Below are positions 21,801 through 35,610 of a stretch of 64,000 bases of DNA, piece by piece. Made by a program: the position numbers and the translations under genes. The stretch covers positions 124,001 through 188,000 of the forward strand of contig NIVC01002255.1 in assembly GCA_002269645.1 (NCBI GenBank). The letters are read 5' to 3'. Under the pieces are notes generated by a model, which worked only from the letters and a program-made list of their open reading frames with translations, did not search any database and had not been told where the DNA came from. Source of the stretch: Macrostomum lignano. Taxonomy: Eukaryota. Position 1 is the first letter of the stretch. The number at the start of each line of letters is the position of its first letter.

Positions 21801-24500
21801 TGTTTCCCTGAAATCGGTTGAGTTCGCCCGGCCGCTAGTGAAATGTCTTACAAAAGTGAAGCTAGTGAGCCAGATGCACACTGAGCTGCTACTGAACGTG
21901 TCAGCCGACAAACCGCAATTCCTAGCAGATGCTATCCAAGTTTTGGAGGAGCACAAAGAGTGGGTGGAAGCGTTTGGAGTCTCCCAAGCCCAGCTGGACA
22001 CCATATTTATGCGTTTGCGGCACATCGATCTGGAAAATATTGAAGCGTCATTCAGGTCGAAGAAGCTCCGGAAAGCTGGCAGAGCTGAGCGAGCAGAAGC
22101 GGCCGTAGTTCCGGTAAACTATGACGCGCTGTACAACTTTGAGTCCAAGTCGCCGATTTTGGCCACTCAACGGCAGCAGTTTTGCACCCTGCTGGCTATG
22201 AACTTCAATCGGCAGAAAAAGTTTGGCGTCAAGTTTAGCCTTCGATTTCTTTTTCCAATAATACTCGTCATAGTAGTAGCTTCGATGGTTGACAGTGAGA
22301 GGACTGAGGAGGCAGACGCGCAACAGGCAGCAATCGGAGGCAAAAGCTCAAAGGCGATGGTCCGAACCCTTGTTCAGGACTTTCATCCGATAACTCAGTT
22401 TGGCATCTGTGTGTTCGACAGCGACAACAATGACGCAAGCGCTACAGATCTGGTGACGAAGGAGTGTAACGCAATGTTTGACGTAACAGAACCGGAAGCG
22501 AATCAAGTGAAAGTAGTTCCAAAAAGTCCCAGCGTCACTATGAAGGACTTTCTAAAGCAAGCTGACGTGTTGCAAACGATACGAAAGCTGTGTAGAATTT
22601 CGTTTTGCTTCATTTTGCATTCGTCCTCTTGGAATAGGAACGACTCCAACCGGGTCAGAGAGGTGCACATTGGTCAATACACGGTTCCACCGGATGTTGA
22701 CATCCCAAATGCAGCCGCCATCTCTGTCGGACACATGCTGACTATCTACCTGAAGTTTTCAAAACACTTCAAGGCTGTGCCTCGCAGTAACGCGCCCAAT
22801 CTTACTATAAAACGAGCATACACGTTCAATACTTTTGAGAGCTTCGAATTTACAAAGAGTTACGAATTGCTCATGTTCATAACAGCGTTCTCCATTGTGC
22901 CGATCACGTACCTGAATGATCCCATTGAGGACAGGGACTGCGGTGTGCGTCAACAGCTGCGGTCGATGGGAATGCGGTCTCTGGCTTATTGGTTGAATAA
23001 TTTTATCCTGCACTGGACTCACTACATGATCTATTTCTTACTGTCCGCAGCTGCCTGCATGGTGTGGGACCGGTACCAGAGTCAGTTCTTCTTTGTCAAT
23101 GTGTGCCTACCAGTGCTCATCTTCGGCACTGCCAGCTGTCTGCTGTCAGTCTACGTTGTCAGCGCGCTTATGAAAAAGTCCAACCCGGTTGTAATTGTCA
23201 GCTGCTTCTTTTTTGCTCTGTTTCTTGGCGTGGTTGCCAACATTGCTCAGAACAGTAGCACAGCTATGCTCATTCTGATCTGCTTCCTTCCGCAGTTCAC
23301 GCCAGTGGCTTACATACTACTCAGTGTGAAATTAATGATCTACTCGTTGTACTTTCTCGAAGTGAAAAACCCCGACAACGTGCTGAATTTGGCTAACTTG
23401 CATCTTAGCAACAGTAATATCTTAGTCTCTTTGATTGCGATGCCTGTGCACTGTGTTCTTCTGGTACTACTACTGATATTGGCAGAGAATCCTGCTGGTA
23501 TTAAACTTGCATTCAAAAAGCCTGACCTCGAGAAAGGTTCAGAACTGGAAAAAACAATAAAAGACACTGGCGTACCATTGGAAGCCGAGCGAATTAACAA
23601 GACGCCAAGGAATCCATTGAACATGCTCGAAGTCCGCGACCTTCAAAAGGTCTATCCGAACGGAGTGCACGCGGTGCGAGGCACCACCTTCGGCTCCTTC
23701 TCCGGCGAGATTCTCGGCTTGCTGGGCCCCAACGGAGCCGGAAAGACCACCAGCATGTCCATCATTGTCGGCGAGGAGGCCAGCTCGAGCGGCACCAGCG
23801 AAGTGCACTTCGGCGGCACTTGGATGTCCGGGATAGACGGCGCCAGATGCGGCGCCATTGGCTACTGTCCGCAGCACAACCCGCTGTTCAACAGCGTCTC
23901 TGTGTTCGAGCACCTCCGCTTCTACGCGCAGATCCGCGGCATCCCGGACCAGCTGGGCAGCGCGCAGATCGCCGGACTCATCGAAGGTCTCGGACTGAAG
24001 CCGCACCAGCACAAGGCGGCCGAGCAGCTGTCCGGAGGAAACAAGCGGCGCCTCTGTCTGGCCATCGCGCTGCTCGGCAACCCGTCGCTAGTGGTGATCG
24101 ACGAGGCCTCGACCGGAGTCGATCCGGAGAACAAGCGCTTCATCTGGGGCGCCATTCGAGGCATGGCGAACAAGCAACGCTCGGTGATGATCACCACGCA
24201 CAGCATGGAGGAGGTCGAGGCGCTGTGCGCTCGCGTCGGCATCATGAACAAGGGCCTGATGATCGGGTTCGGCACCGTGCAACAGCTGCGCAGCCGGTGA
24301 GCATAACACTTTTCAGTGTTTTCTGGTGCTTCCTAGTTCTAGACTTTAAAAAATACTAAAAAGGAATTCCTAATTTCCAAACGAAAAGCTTTATGAATAT
24401 CAATAGAGCTACAAGAAAGGCAATACATATCAAAAAATGAACACTGGGTCTTCCTTCTTTTAAAAACAATAACAATGTTTTTGCTGAAACTAAAAAACGC

Positions 24501-25381
24501 CCATCTCCGAAGTGCATATTTCGGTTAAACCTGTCTCTTAAACCATCTCCGAAGTGCATATTTCGGTAAAACCTGTCTCCTAAACCATCTCCGAAGTGCA
24601 TATTTCGGTAAAACCTGTCTCCCAAACCATCTCCGAAGTGCATTTTTCGGTAAAACCTGTCTCCCAAACCATCTCCGAAGTGCATATTTCGGTAAAACCT
24701 GTCTCCTAAACCATCTCCGAAGTGCATATTTCGGTAAAACCTGTCTCCTAAACCATCTCCGAAGTGCATATTTCGGTAAAACCTGTCTCCTAAACCATCT
24801 CCGAAGTGCATTTTTCGGTAAAACCTGTCTCCCAAACCATCTCCGAAGTGCATATTTCGGTAAAACCTGTCTCCCAAACCATCTCCGAAGTGCATTTTTC
24901 GGTAAAACCTGTCTCCCAAACCATCTCCGAAGTGCATATTTCGGTAAAACCTGTCTCCCAAACCATCTCCGAAGTGCATATTTCGGTAAAACCTGTCTCC
25001 TAAACCATCTCCGAAGTGCATATTTCGGTAAAACCTGTCTCCTAAACCATCTCCGAAGTGCATTTTTCGGTAAAACCTGTCTCCCAAACCATCTCCGAAG
25101 TGCATATTTCGGTAAAACCTGTCTCCCAAACCATCTCCGAAGTGCATATTTCGGCAAAACCTGTCTCCCAAACCATCTTTGAAGTGCATTTTTCGGTAAA
25201 ACCTGTCTCCCAAACCATCTCCGAAGTGCATTTTTCGGTAAAACCTGTCTCCCAAACCATCTCCGAAGTGCATTTTTCGGTAAAACCTGTCTCCCAAACC
25301 ATCTCCGAAGTGCATTTTTCGGTAAAACCTGTCTCCCAAACCATCTTTGAAGTGAATTTTTTCGGTAAAACCTGTCTCCCA
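24501..25381. repeat. 42-bp satellite, about 21 copies, in intron 2 of ABCA copy 1
   Basis: Unit aaaccatctccgaagtgcatatttcggtaaaacctgtctccc with minor variants. Confidence 0.95.
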
Positions 25382-25409
25382 AAAATTTTCAAGAAACGTA
25401 TCTTCTCAT

Positions 25410-25748
25410 CGATTTTTTTCTCGCCGAGGTTTGCCTGCAATGCTTTTTTTCCTGCAGCGCATTTTAGCCATTCGGCAGATTATATATCTGCATTGCCTCC
25501 TCAATGCTTAGCAAATCTTAATTATGAGATTTACCCGATCAAAACGTTTGGATAGTAACTGCATATCAAATTTAATTTTTTCTTGTAGGTATTCAGTTTT
25601 ATATACATGCTGAATACATGCTGGTACATCGGTGAGCTTTTGATTCATGCGTACGCCGTGTCGCTTTGTTTCCCAAATCTCTTTTTTAAAGACTTTATAA
25701 AGGGCAAACCTCGGCGGGAATAGCTCGGCGGACAATTCTCGTGCTCCC
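25410..25748. mobile_element. Partial MITE of the same family as 18330-18876
   Basis: Shares cgccgaggtt...caatgc...ttcctgcagcgcat and the terminus acaattctcgtgctccc. Confidence 0.65.
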
Positions 25749-27338
25749 AAACGTCGGCCTTCTACTTGAGTAGTCTTTGAGCATTAACTGTAGCTTGTCT
25801 TGCAATCTGACTAACAACCCAGTCATTATACTAACCCACCGTTCTATTCAGGCACGGGGAAGCCTACACCCTCGACGTGCTCATGCAAGCCAAGACTGCT
25901 TCAAAGTTGGCCGTGAAAAAGCGGAAGCTGACCAAAATGATTCTGAAACAATTCAAAGGCGCCGTCGTTATGGAGGATCTGCTGCGGTGCATGCAGTTTG
26001 TCATACCGAGATCGGCTGTAAAAATCTTTTCAGAAGCAATTCGGCTGCTACTATTAAAGAAGAAAAAATGGGAATTCGAACGTTTTGTCTTTATCAGATG
26101 TCGCTGGACCAGGTGTTTGTGAAGCTGGTTAAAGAGCACGATGATACTTAAAAAGGTTCAATTCTTATCTAGCCTTAAACTTTACTTTTTTTTAAGTAAT
26201 ATTTTACCGACGTAACGTATTCAAACTTGCGCATTCTTAAATAACAATATACGCGCCTAATATATATACCACATAATTACTATGAAAATACAAACAATTC
26301 ACAAATATTTAAATGAAAAAATAATCAACATAAATGAAAATAACTATATTCAGTTTGTTTGGTGTCGTTTGGTCTTTTCTCGATGGATTTTGCTCTATTG
26401 AGTATAAAAAAGAACGAGAAGTTGTTCTAGCTCGTAAAAAACCTCAATGTTCACATTCGTGTTGTTTTTCGCACCGAAAAGATTGCGCGGTTTTTGAGCA
26501 ATCTGAAATCTAGTGGGCCTCGACCTCTCGCTGCAGGTGTTGTTTACAAATTTAGTTGTTTCGATGACCAGAGAATTTCCTACATAGAATCAGCTATAGA
26601 ATTTACTGTGCACTCTCAAAGATGGCGATTTCTTAATGTTGTTCAGTATAGTTCTTTCCTTTTATGTTTATTATTGCTTTCATTTATTTGCTCTTCGTCA
26701 AGCGAGCTTTACAGGCATCCTGACTCAACGCCCTCAGCGACAACGCCCCATAACCAGTTGTTGTTGGAGGCAGGGGCTTTGTGCACCTGGCAAACTTTAA
26801 GCGACATGTCACACAAGCGGTGAGAGGCATCACTGCCCATTGTCGGCTGATTTTCCATGCAAGAATGGCATTCTTGCACTCTTTTGCGTGCAGGAATGGA
26901 TGTCTATGGTAAAATCTCACTGAAAAAGCATTAGGCGCAGAAATGCATTCCTGCACGGTTTTGTGCATTCCTGCACGATGAATCATCCGACAATGGAATT
27001 CCTTCACGTTCACTCGTGCGTGAAGGACATCGTGCACTCGTGACCGTGCAGGAATATATCATTCCGCCGATTCCCCTGAGCAGGCACACAAGCGCGCGGA
27101 TACGTACGCAGTCATATGCACAGGCACACACTCACACAGGAGTGTACAGCAGCCCCAACTTTATTTATAGTTAGGCATGTACACTTCACTTTATTTATCG
27201 TTAACCGATAACGATGTACGTAATTTTCATCGGCGGTATGCGGCGGTGTTCAATAATTGTTTATTTAGGTGAAAAAATCCGTCCCAGCATTAAAAAGCGG
27301 ACTATGGATGCAACGAATTCAAGTTATCAAGTAGAAGC

Positions 27339-27381
27339 CAAGGACAACTTGATAACTTGACAAGTTATCAAGTTGTCCTTG
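27339..27381. mobile_element. 43-bp perfect hairpin with 8-bp direct-repeat flanks (minimal hAT-like insertion)
   Basis: caaggacaacttgataacttg-a-caagttatcaagttgtccttg, flanked on both sides by gtagaagc. Confidence 0.7.
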
Positions 27382-27575
27382 GTAGAAGCAATAAATTTAG
27401 TTCGGCCATAGACAATATTTTTGAATTATGACCGCAGAAAAGTAAAACTATAAAGTGCCTAATAGAAAAATTTAAAAGCCGTCTAAAGTAATTTAGCTAG
27501 CTTAAAGCCTAGCTATTAAACCGCGACTATATCTCCTGAGCAGTTATTGTGTACTAACAGCAGCTCAGCGTCTTC

Positions 27576-30500
27576 ATGGCGGAAGGACAGTCTGGCGCAT
27601 TCGGAACTCAGTTCGCGTACCTGCTGTTTCTAGTACTGCGCCTCAAGTCCTGGAAGTTCCTGCTCTGGATACTGCTAGGACCCAGTCTGTTCTTCAACTT
27701 CTTTCTGTACAGGAACATCGAGGACAAGGAGGAGGGCGGCGTAAAGTCGAACGGCCTTACTGAACTGAAAATGTCGGTGGCCATGGCTCACGGAGCTCTA
27801 GTGCCTACCAGCAGTCGCGAGAAGAAGTCCCTGATTGAAATAATGCAGCTGAGAAAAGCGAAGAGCCGGTCTTGGTTTAAAGACTGCAAAGACATCAACG
27901 ACTGTCGAATCCAACTGGCAAAGGCTGTCTCCGCAAAGAGTAGTGAAAAAACCTCCATTTTTATTTACGGAAAGAATAAAACGATCCGGCTTTATTGCCT
28001 CAAGGACAAAAATGCTGAGATTCTGTGCCCGTTCCTCTATCACGCAATGTCGCAATCGCTTGAGTCCTACGAATACGCCAGGGCAAAGAGTTCAAAAGCG
28101 CAAACCGCTCTGTATAAGGATATAATGTTTGCTAAATTTTTCGACAAGTTTGGATCCTCGAGCGACGGTGTCGGTTTAAATATTTCTAAACCAGATTCCA
28201 TGTGCACTCGAACAAGCAAGTCTGGTACGTTTTTTATCAAATTTATAATGTACTTCATGGGTCACATGATCATCGTGCTGGCATCCTTCATTTTGTACAC
28301 GACCGTCGGGTCTCTGTCTAGCATGAGCAATCTAAAAGAGAATGGCTTTCTGCAGCTGGTATTCAACAATGGCCTGTCCGTAACAGTGTATTGGTTAGTG
28401 TACTGGACCATTGGAGCCATCGAGGCGCTGATTCCAGCCACATTGTTAGTCATGTCCTACTCATTTCAATGCCCCGGCTATTATGAATCGTCCGGATTAA
28501 CAAACTTCTTCATCACGGTGGCTGCCATGTTCTTTTTTCTGACTGCTCTCGGCTATTTATTTGCGACGCTTATTGCATCATTTTTTATCGTACTACTGCT
28601 CATGATTGTCATCCAGATCGTCTGCTGTGGAGTGATCATAATGGCCAAACTTTGGATTTTCCAAAAGAAGCCGCTGAGCACAATTAACACTTTTCTAGCA
28701 TTTCCTCCTGGTTGCATCGTAGAGTATGGCACAAAATATTTACTACCAAAAGAGGCCCCCTTTCACAAGTATTTCAAGCCGTACGGAAGCTTTTTTGACA
28801 GCGTTCAAATCAATATGATCGTATTCGCAATTCTTATTATAATAACTACTATATACCTGGACTTCGTAGTAAAGAATGGGAACGGACTGTGTCTGCCTTT
28901 CATGTATCCGTTCAATCCGAGCTTCTGGAATCCTCATCGGCAGAAGCTCATCGAGATGGTTGACGAGCAGCCCAAGCGGGCCAACGTTGAGCCCACAGTC
29001 GGCGTTCCGGCGGTCATTGCCGATGACATTCACCTGACTTATCCGTCCGGCTGCTGCGAAGCAAAGAAGCCTCCAGTTCTGAAGGGCATCACATGTGAGT
29101 GTCCTTGCATGAGTTAGCTGCTGCTTTTCACATCCAACTGGGGGTAAAAGCAACAAAGGACCTTTGAAACGCATTTGCACTCCAGGCACCGTCTACCAGG
29201 GACAGATCACTGCACTGATCGGACACAACGGAGCGGGAAAGACTACGCTTATTCGAGTGCTCATGGGCGAGGAGATTCCCAGCCGCGGCGTCGCCGTCAT
29301 CAACGGCCACCGAGTGACGGATCCGTACCAGCGACTCGCGCTCAGAGGCAGCGTCAGCATCTGCAAACAGGTCGACGTGCTCAGCAACTACCTCACCGTG
29401 ATGGAGAGCATGAAGCTGACTCTCGTAGCCAAGGGTTTCAGTCCGGATAGCCAAGTTGCAAAGGTGCTCGACATGATGAAGAGGCTGGGACTCGCCGGCA
29501 AGGAGAACGTGCAGGCCATGGACTTGAGCGGAGGTCAAATGCGAAAGGTGTGCAGCATAATTTGCCTGTTGGGGAACCCGAAGCTCGTGATCCTGGACGA
29601 GCCAACGAGCGGTCTGGACCCGGTGTCGAGACGAAATCTGTGGCAGATCCTCCAAGATCACAAGGCCGGTAGATCCATTATCCTGTGCACGCAGTTCATG
29701 GACGAGGCAGACATTCTGGCAGATCGCAAGGTATTTCTGTCGGCTGGAAAGATTATATGTGCCGGCTCGTCCATGTTTCTCAAGCATGCATTCGGCTGCT
29801 GTGTGTCTATCAACGTGACTCTTAAACATGAAAAAGACGCTACCAAGGTTGTAAAAATGCTCAAGAAAGTAAAGCTAGTTGGTAGTTATCAAACTGAGCT
29901 GCAGCTTCAAGTTTCGGCGGGTAAGCCGCAGGCACTCGCCGATGCAATTTACACTTTGGAGCAGCACCCGGAACTTGTCGATGCTTTCGGAGTGTCGCAA
30001 GCGCAGCTGGACGACATTTTTATGCGTCTAAAATTCATCGACTTGGATAACATCGAGGCGTCGTTTAAGTCGAAGCAGCTAAGGAAGCTGGGAAGATCGG
30101 GAGGCGGCGGCAGCGCTGGAGTCGAGCGAGTGAACTTCAGCTCGCTGTACAATTTCGAAAGTACCAAACCGCTGAATGCCACTTTTGCGAATCAGTTTTT
30201 GGCCCTGATTCGAATGAACTTCAGCCGACAACTCAAAGCAAAAATGACATTTTGCTTTCGAATTATATTTCCTCTAATAATGATTGGGATTATTGGCCAA
30301 ATGTGCTACTTGGAAAACAAGGACAAAGAAAAGAAGCCAGGCAAAGACAAAGACAAAGAGCAAAACGCTGCAGAACAACCTTCCGTCGCAATCATTAATA
30401 TGAACTCGAGCGACATGCGGAACTCCTTGGCTATATCTCGGGGAGTCTGTATCGCGGACAAGGAGTCTGGTGTGACAAATACGACTCTGACAAGGTTGTG

Positions 30501-33500
30501 TGGTATGGCATTGAATACGCGGTATCTTGAGGTGGCAATCAAGGATATGAAGACCAGCGTTGGCAAGTTCGTTCAGACGCCGGAAGTAAAAAAGAAGTTT
30601 CGCAAAATCTGCCCAAAGTCGTCGAAAAATTTTGTTATTAATTGTTTTTTCGTTTATTCTACCGACTGGAACAGTCACTCGAATAACTCGAGACGGCTGC
30701 TCTACCACGGTGTTTATGAGAACCCAGTCGATGAAGAGGATGAAAGCGCTAGAGAAAAGGGAGTTTTTGCTGCTATGCAGTATTACGACTTTGCAGCTGA
30801 GTACTTTGAGGCTAATGCCAAATCAAAATCCAGAAACTTCACCTTGGCGAGCGTCTATTTAGCTGAGACAATCGACTCTTTTAAGTTTGAAAAGTGCCAA
30901 GAGCTGTTTATGCTGCTGGCCGCTTTCGCGTTGGTGCCAGTAACGTATCTGAATGACCCGATCGAGGACAAGGACAGCGGCGTTCGTCAGCATCTAGCGT
31001 CCATGGGAATGAGCAGTATCGCCTACTGGTTTACCACTTTTGTGATGCACTGGTTGCACTATATACTTTGCTTCTTTTCCATGGCCTTGACTTGTCTGAT
31101 GGTAGAAAAGTATCAAAGTGCCTACTTCCTTGTGTACATGGTGCTGCCACTGACATTCTTGGGTACATCGTGTAGTCAACTAACAGTTTACGTTGTCAGC
31201 GCAATGATGAAGAAGACGAACGCAATTGTTTTGGTTCTTTACTTTTTCTTTGCCATGTTTTTAGGCATGGCGGGCAGCTACTTTCAAGACAATGAATCGG
31301 TTCTGTATGCCATGATGATAATAATACCGCCCTTCCCGCCGCTGCTTGTGATGCTGATGGGTACAAAGATGCTGCTCTACACAATACTGCTATTTGAAAC
31401 ATCAAACCCGGCCGACGTGCCTAATATTAGAGACGTATTATTTGCCAACTCGCACGTGGTCTACTCTTTTATTGTGATGCCCATACACATTGCGATTTTA
31501 ATTGGCCTCATTTTCATAATTGAAAACCCGGGAGCTCTTGCCAGTTTGTTTGCAAAGAATATCGAAGCATCAAAACAAACGCCAAAACCGCTGAAAGACG
31601 AAGGAGTTGGAATTGAAGCCAACAGGATCAGAAAGACGACGAGGAGCTCGGTGAACATGCTCGAAGTCCGCGATCTTCAAAAGGTCTATCCGAACGGAGT
31701 GCACGCGGTGCGAGGCACCACCTTCGGCTCCTTCTCCGGCGAGATTCTCGGCTTGCTGGGCCCCAACGGAGCCGGAAAGACCACCAGCATGTCCATCATT
31801 GTCGGCGAGGAGGCCAGCTCGAGCGGCACCAGCGAAGTGCACTTCGGCGGCACTTGGATGTCCGGGATAGACGGCGCCAGATGCGGCGCTATTGGCTACT
31901 GTCCGCAGCACAACCCGCTGTTCAACAGCATCTCTGTGTTCGAGCACCTCCGCTTCTACGCGCAGATCCGCGGCATCCCGGACCAGCTGGGCAGCGCGCA
32001 GATCGCCGGACTCATCGAAGGTCTCGGACTGAAGCCGCACCAGCACAAGGCGGCCGAGCAGCTGTCCGGAGGCAACAAGCGGCGCCTCTGTCTGGCCATC
32101 GCGCTGCTCGGCAACCCGTCGCTAGTGGTGATCGACGAGGCCTCGACCGGAGTCGATCCGGAGAACAAGCGCTTCATCTGGGGCGCCATTCGAGGCATGG
32201 CGAACAAGCAACGCTCGGTGATGATCACCACGCACAGCATGGAGGAGGTCGAGGCGCTGTGCGCTCGCGTCGGCATCATGAACAAGGGCCTGATGATCGG
32301 GTTCGGCACCGTGCAACAGCTGCGCAGCCGGTGAGCATAACACTTTTCAGTGTTTTCTGGTGCTTCCTAGTTCTAGACTTTAAAAAATACTAAAAAGGAA
32401 TTCCTAATTTCCAAACGAAAAGCTTTATGAATATCAATAGAGCTACAAGAAAGGCAATACATATCAAAAAATGAACACTGGGTCTTCCTTCTTTTAAAAA
32501 CAATAACAATGTTTTTGCTGAAACTAAAAAACGCCCATCTCCGAAGTGCATATTTCGGTTAAACCTGTCTCTTAAACCATCTCCGAAGTGCATATTTCGG
32601 TAAAACCTGTCTCCTAAACCATCTCCGAAGTGCATATTTCGGTAAAACCTGTCTCCCAAACCATCTCCGAAGTGCATTTTTCGGTAAAACCTGTCTCCCA
32701 AACCATCTCCGAAGTGCATATTTCGGTAAAACCTGTCTCCTAAACCATCTCCGAAGTGCATATTTCGGTAAAACCTGTCTCCTAAACCATCTCCGAAGTG
32801 CATATTTCGGTAAAACCTGTCTCCTAAACCATCTCCGAAGTGCATTTTTCGGTAAAACCTGTCTCCCAAACCATCTCCGAAGTGCATATTTCGGTAAAAC
32901 CTGTCTCCCAAACCATCTCCGAAGTGCATTTTTCGGTAAAACCTGTCTCCCAAACCATCTCCGAAGTGCATATTTCGGTAAAACCTGTCTCCCAAACCAT
33001 CTCCGAAGTGCATATTTCGGTAAAACCTGTCTCCTAAACCATCTCCGAAGTGCATATTTCGGTAAAACCTGTCTCCTAAACCATCTCCGAAGTGCATTTT
33101 TCGGTAAAACCTGTCTCCCAAACCATCTCCGAAGTGCATATTTCGGTAAAACCTGTCTCCCAAACCATCTCCGAAGTGCATATTTCGGCAAAACCTGTCT
33201 CCCAAACCATCTTTGAAGTGCATTTTTCGGTAAAACCTGTCTCCCAAACCATCTCCGAAGTGCATTTTTCGGTAAAACCTGTCTCCCAAACCATCTCCGA
33301 AGTGCATTTTTCGGTAAAACCTGTCTCCCAAACCATCTCCGAAGTGCATTTTTCGGTAAAACCTGTCTCCCAAACCATCTTTGAAGTGAATTTTTTCGGT
33401 AAAACTTGTCTCCCAAAAATTTTCAAGAAACGTATCTTCTCATCGATTTTTTTCTCGCCGAGGTTTGCCTGCAATGCTTTTTTTCCTGCAGCGCATTTTA

Positions 33501-34186
33501 GCCATTCGGCAGATTATATATCTGCATTGCCTCCTCAATGCTTAGCAAATCTTAATTATGAGATTTACCCGATCAAAACGTTTGGATAGTAACTGCATAT
33601 CAAATTTAATTTTTTCTTGTAGGTATTCAGTTTTATATACATGCTGAATACATGCTGGTACATCGGTGAGCTTTTGATTCATGCGTACGCCGTGTCGCTT
33701 TGTTTCCCAAATCTCTTTTTTAAAGACTTTATAAAGGGCAAACCTCGGCGGGAATAGCTCGGCGGACAATTCTCGTGCTCCCAAACGTCGGCCTTCTACT
33801 TGAGTAGTCTTTGAGCATTAACTGTAGCTTGTCTTGCAATCTGACTAACAACCCAGTCATTATACTAACCCACCGTTCTATTCAGGCACGGGGAAGCCTA
33901 CACCCTCGACGTGCTCATGCAAGCCAAGACTGCTTCAAAGTTGGCCGTGAAAAAGCGGAAGCTGACCAAAATGATTCTGAAACAATTCAAAGGCGCCGTC
34001 GTTATGGAGGATCTGCTGCGGTGCATGCAGTTTGTCATACCGAGATCGGCTGTAAAAATCTTTTCAGAAGCAATTCGGCTGCTACTATTAAAGAAGAAAA
34101 AGATGGGAATTCGAACGTTTTGTCTTTATCAGATGTCGCTGGACCAGGTGTTTGTGAAGCTGGTTAAAGAGCACGATGATACTTAA
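27576..34186 (+). CDS. ABCA full transporter, copy 2 (chimera: body B plus last exon X); exons 27576-29094, 29186-32330, 33886-34186; 1654 aa
   Basis: Spliced length 4965 nt, in frame. Junctions restore GITC|TVYQGQITALIGHNGAGKT and QQLRSR|HGEAYTL; C-terminal YQMSLDQVF motif present. Confidence 0.92.
32535..33415. repeat. 42-bp satellite, duplicate, in intron 2 of ABCA copy 2
   Basis: Same unit and variant order as 24501-25381. Confidence 0.95.
33444..33782. mobile_element. Partial MITE, duplicate of 25410-25748
   Basis: Sequence matches at offset 8034. Confidence 0.65.
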
Positions 34187-35373
34187 AAAGGTTCAATTCT
34201 TATCTAGCCTTAAACTTTACTTTTTTTTAAGTAATATTTTACCGACGTAACGTATTCAAACTTGCGCATTCTTAAATAACAATATACGCGCCTAATATAT
34301 ATACCACATAATTACTATGAAAATACAAACAATTCACAAATATTTAAATGAAAAAATAATCAACATAAATGAAAATAACTATATTCAGTTTGTTTGGTGT
34401 CGTTTGGTCTTTTCTCGATGGATTTTGCTCTATTGAGTATAAAAAAGAACGAGAAGTTGTTCTAGCTCGTAAAAAACCTCAATGTTCACATTCGTGTTGT
34501 TTTTCGCACCGAAAAGATTGCGCGGTTTTTGAGCAATCTGAAATCTAGTGGGCCTCGACCTCTCGCTGCAGGTGTTGTTTACAAATTTAGTTGTTTCGAT
34601 GACCAGAGAATTTCCTACATAGAATCAGCTATAGAATTTACTGTGCACTCTCAAAGATGGCGATTTCTTAATGTTGTTCAGTATAGTTCTTTCCTTTTAT
34701 GTTTATTATTGCTTTCATTTATTTGCTCTTCGTCAAGCGAGCTTTACAGGCATCCTGACTCAACGCCCTCAGCGACAACGCCCCATAACCAGTTGTTGTT
34801 GGAGGCAGGGGCTTTGTGCACCTGGCAAACTTTAAGCGACATGTCACACAAGCGGTGAGAGGCATCACTGCCCATTGTCGGCTGATTTTCCATGCAAGAA
34901 TGGCATTCTTGCACTCTTTTGCGTGCAGGAATGGATGTCTATGGTAAAATCTCACTGAAAAAGCATTAGGCGCAGAAATGCATTCCTGCACGGTTTTGTG
35001 CATTCCTGCACGATGAATCATCCGACAATGGAATTCCTTCACGTTCACTCGTGCGTGAAGGACATCGTGCACTCGTGACCGTGCAGGAATATATCATTCC
35101 GCCGATTCCCCTGAGCAGGCACACAAGCGCGCGGATACGTACGCAGTCATATGCACAGGCACACACTCACACAGGAGTGTACAGCAGCCCCAACTTTATT
35201 TATAGTTAGGCATGTACACTTCACTTTATTTATCGTTAACCGATAACGATGTACGTAATTTTCATCGGCGGTATGCGGCGGTGTTCAATAATTGTTTATT
35301 TAGGTGAAAAAATCCGTCCCAGCATTAAAAAGCGGACTATGGATGCAACGAATTCAAGTTATCAAGTAGAAGC

Positions 35374-35416
35374 CAAGGACAACTTGATAACTTGACAAGT
35401 TATCAAGTTGTCCTTG
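35374..35416. mobile_element. 43-bp hairpin with 8-bp flanking repeat, duplicate of 27339-27381
   Basis: Identical sequence at offset 8035. Confidence 0.7.
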
Positions 35417-35610
35417 GTAGAAGCAATAAATTTAGTTCGGCCATAGACAATATTTTTGAATTATGACCGCAGAAAAGTAAAACTATAAAGTGCCTAATAG
35501 AAAAATTTAAAAGCCGTCTAAAGTAATTTAGCTAGCTTAAAGCCTAGCTATTAAACCGCGACTATATCTCCTGAGCAGTTATTGTGTACTAACAGCAGCT
35601 CAGCGTCTTC

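Larger units (their letters stand above)
19543..26151 (+). pseudogene. ABCA full transporter, copy 1 (body A, last exon X); exons 19543-21081, 21173-24296, 25852-26151; frameshifts near 19930 and 26068
   Basis: Two TMDs and two NBDs (GHNGAGKT, LSGGQ, ILDEPTSGLDP; GPNGAGKT, LSGGN, IDEASTGVDP). GT-AG introns; TACTAAC branch point near 25829. Two single-base frameshifts that may be sequencing errors. Confidence 0.85.

Noticed and set aside
21115-24359. Overlapping and antisense ORFs within the ABCA, Ig-like and ENaC genes
   Set aside because: Shadow ORFs caused by high GC3; no independent motifs.
24501-25381. CRISPR-like array (also 32535-33415, 4101-4588, 1130-1848)
   Set aside because: Units are contiguous with no unique spacers, there are no cas genes, and the context is eukaryotic. 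These are satellites.
24356-25555. Long repetitive ORFs (GDRFYRKMHF, GRQVLPK, SVKPVSQT) and their duplicates near 32.4-33.6 kb
   Set aside because: The 42-bp period keeps frames open, and the region lies inside ABCA intron 2.
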